Shown: piece by piece, positions 63,117-64,000 of the stretch | Numbering within the stretch: position 1 is the first letter of the stretch | Layout of the letters: the number at the start of each line of letters is the position of its first letter | Source of the DNA: Acidobacteriota bacterium | Lineage (GTDB): Bacteria > Acidobacteriota > Vicinamibacteria > Vicinamibacterales > Fen-181 | Direction of reading: 5' to 3' | Assembly (NCBI GenBank): GCA_017883185.1 | Contig: JADGOB010000003.1 | Location: 7,136-71,135, forward strand | DNA: 64,000 nucleotides | The notes under the pieces: model-generated | Databases searched by the model: none | Told to the model about the DNA's origin: nothing | What the model saw: the letters and a program-made list of their open reading frames with translations, nothing else | Made by a program: the position numbers and the translations under genes

Positions 63117-64000
63117 ATGGATTACACGGCGACTTGCGGATCCACATCATCCCCGGCGGTGACGACCGGCGCCCTGGCGGGCGTCGGCTGCATTTCTGCG
63201 GCACTGCTCATGACCGAGCTGGCGCTGACGCGCATCTTCTCGGTCACGATGTACTATCACTTCGCCTTTCTGGCGATTTCGATTGCCTTGTTCGGTCTCG
63301 GCGCCAGCGGCGTCTACGTCTACCTGGCCCGTCGTCCGCTCGGGCGGCGCGAACCAGCCGCGCTGCTCGCCTGGCACGCGCTCGCCTACGCACTCGTCAC
63401 CACCGTGTCGCTCGCGATCCTGGTGCGGCTGCGCGTGGGACTGAACTACTCGCTCGAGAACCTCGTCCTGATGCTCACGATCTACGCGCTCGCCGCGCTG
63501 CCGTTCTTTGCCGGCGGGGCCGTGGTGTCGCTCGCGATCTCGCGCCTGGCCGGACGCATCAACCTGATCTACGCCGCCGATCTGCTCGGGGCCTCCGCCG
63601 GCTGTCTCCTGCTCCTGCCCCTGCTCGATCGCCTGGGCGCGCCCGGCGTCGTGTTGTCCACCGCCGTGCTCGGCGCCATCGCGGCGGCCTGCTTCTCGCC
63701 GCGGCCTTCCCGCGCGCGCATCGTCCCGCTTGCGGCGCTGCTCGTCATCGGTCCGTGGTCGGCTCACATGGCCGGGATCGTGTCGTTCGACGTGACGGGG
63801 ACGAAGGGCCATGCCGGTGACACAGTGCTCTTCAGCAAGTGGAACTCGTTCTCCCGCGTCGCGGTCTACGACCGCCGACACGGCGACTGGTCGTTGAGTG
63901 CCACCTACACCGGGCCGATGCCCGACTCGCGGTTCATGGACATCGACTCGTCCGCCTCGACGCCGATCGTGCGCTTCTCGGGCGACCTCGGTGACGTGGC
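63117..64000 (+). CDS. Polytopic membrane protein, spermidine-synthase-like family suspected (partial, runs off the window end)
   Basis: Absent from the ORF track because no stop falls within the window. I translated it from ATG 63117 to the window end in one open frame with no stop: MDYTATCGS...TELALTRIFSVTMYYHFAFLAISIALFGLGASG... with about 6 TM helices, then FSKWNSFSRVAVYD...MDIDSSASTPIV. Function assigned from memory of similar proteins. Confidence 0.55.
   Translation, partial: MDYTATCGSTSSPAVTTGALAGVGCISAALLMTELALTRIFSVTMYYHFAFLAISIALFGLGASGVYVYLARRPLGRREPAALLAWHALAYALVTTVSLAILVRLRVGLNYSLENLVLMLTIYALAALPFFAGGAVVSLAISRLAGRINLIYAADLLGASAGCLLLLPLLDRLGAPGVVLSTAVLGAIAAACFSPRPSRARIVPLAALLVIGPWSAHMAGIVSFDVTGTKGHAGDTVLFSKWNSFSRVAVYDRRHGDWSLSATYTGPMPDSRFMDIDSSASTPIVRFSGDLGDV

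Overview
Visibly GC-rich (about two-thirds G+C by eye, not computed), gene-dense chromosomal segment from a diderm bacterium; LptE, BamA, Skp, LolCD and lipid A genes are present. The gene content and the Pro/Ala/Gln-rich linkers suggest Acidobacteriota or a similar high-GC soil lineage, with low confidence. I call about 60 protein genes. I found no rRNA, tRNA, CRISPR array, transposase, integrase or phage genes. Most of the window is housekeeping in recognisable operons. Plus strand: hrcA-grpE-dnaJ-prmA; Ser/Thr kinase (divergent from rsmE); ilvE-pilT-recX-alaS; an SPFH plus zinc-ribbon pair; a lytic transglycosylase; a TPR-CHAT protein; rpsT; a four-gene glycosyltransferase/O-antigen-ligase-like operon. 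Minus strand, listed in transcription order: HD-GYP then ABC ATPase then permease; leuS-lptE-holA; yceD-rpmF-plsX-fabD-fabG-acpP-fabF; etfB-etfA-FeS oxidoreductase-acyltransferase-deacetylase; tonB-like, small ORF, miaA-hfq-deoB-dgt; bamA-skp-fabZ::lpxA-lpxI-oxidoreductase-ubiE; clpC; four small membrane proteins then enoyl-CoA hydratase-nusB-lysS-lolC-lolD. Many neighbouring genes overlap by 4 nt (ATGA/GTGA) or 1 nt. The long ORFs antisense to these genes in the six-frame track are GC-driven shadow ORFs. Observations worth a second look: (1) an SPFH (YdjI/COG4260-type) protein ending in an excisionase-type HTH, paired with a double-zinc-ribbon membrane protein; (2) a secreted NTF2-TPR-CHAT protein that seems to lack both catalytic residues; (3) an HD-GYP gene heading an uncharacterised ABC exporter operon; (4) a FabZ-LpxA translational fusion in a lipid A cluster without lpxD or lpxB; (5) tandem-repeat insertions in BamA and Skp; (6) two families of intergenic repeats, plus an AT-rich palindrome that folds better as minus-sense RNA; (7) several genes with a -10-like box 6-9 nt from the start codon, suggesting leaderless mRNAs; (8) two unannotated small membrane ORFs. 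I see no clear-cut new system. All family assignments come from motif recognition by eye and need HMM or BLAST confirmation.
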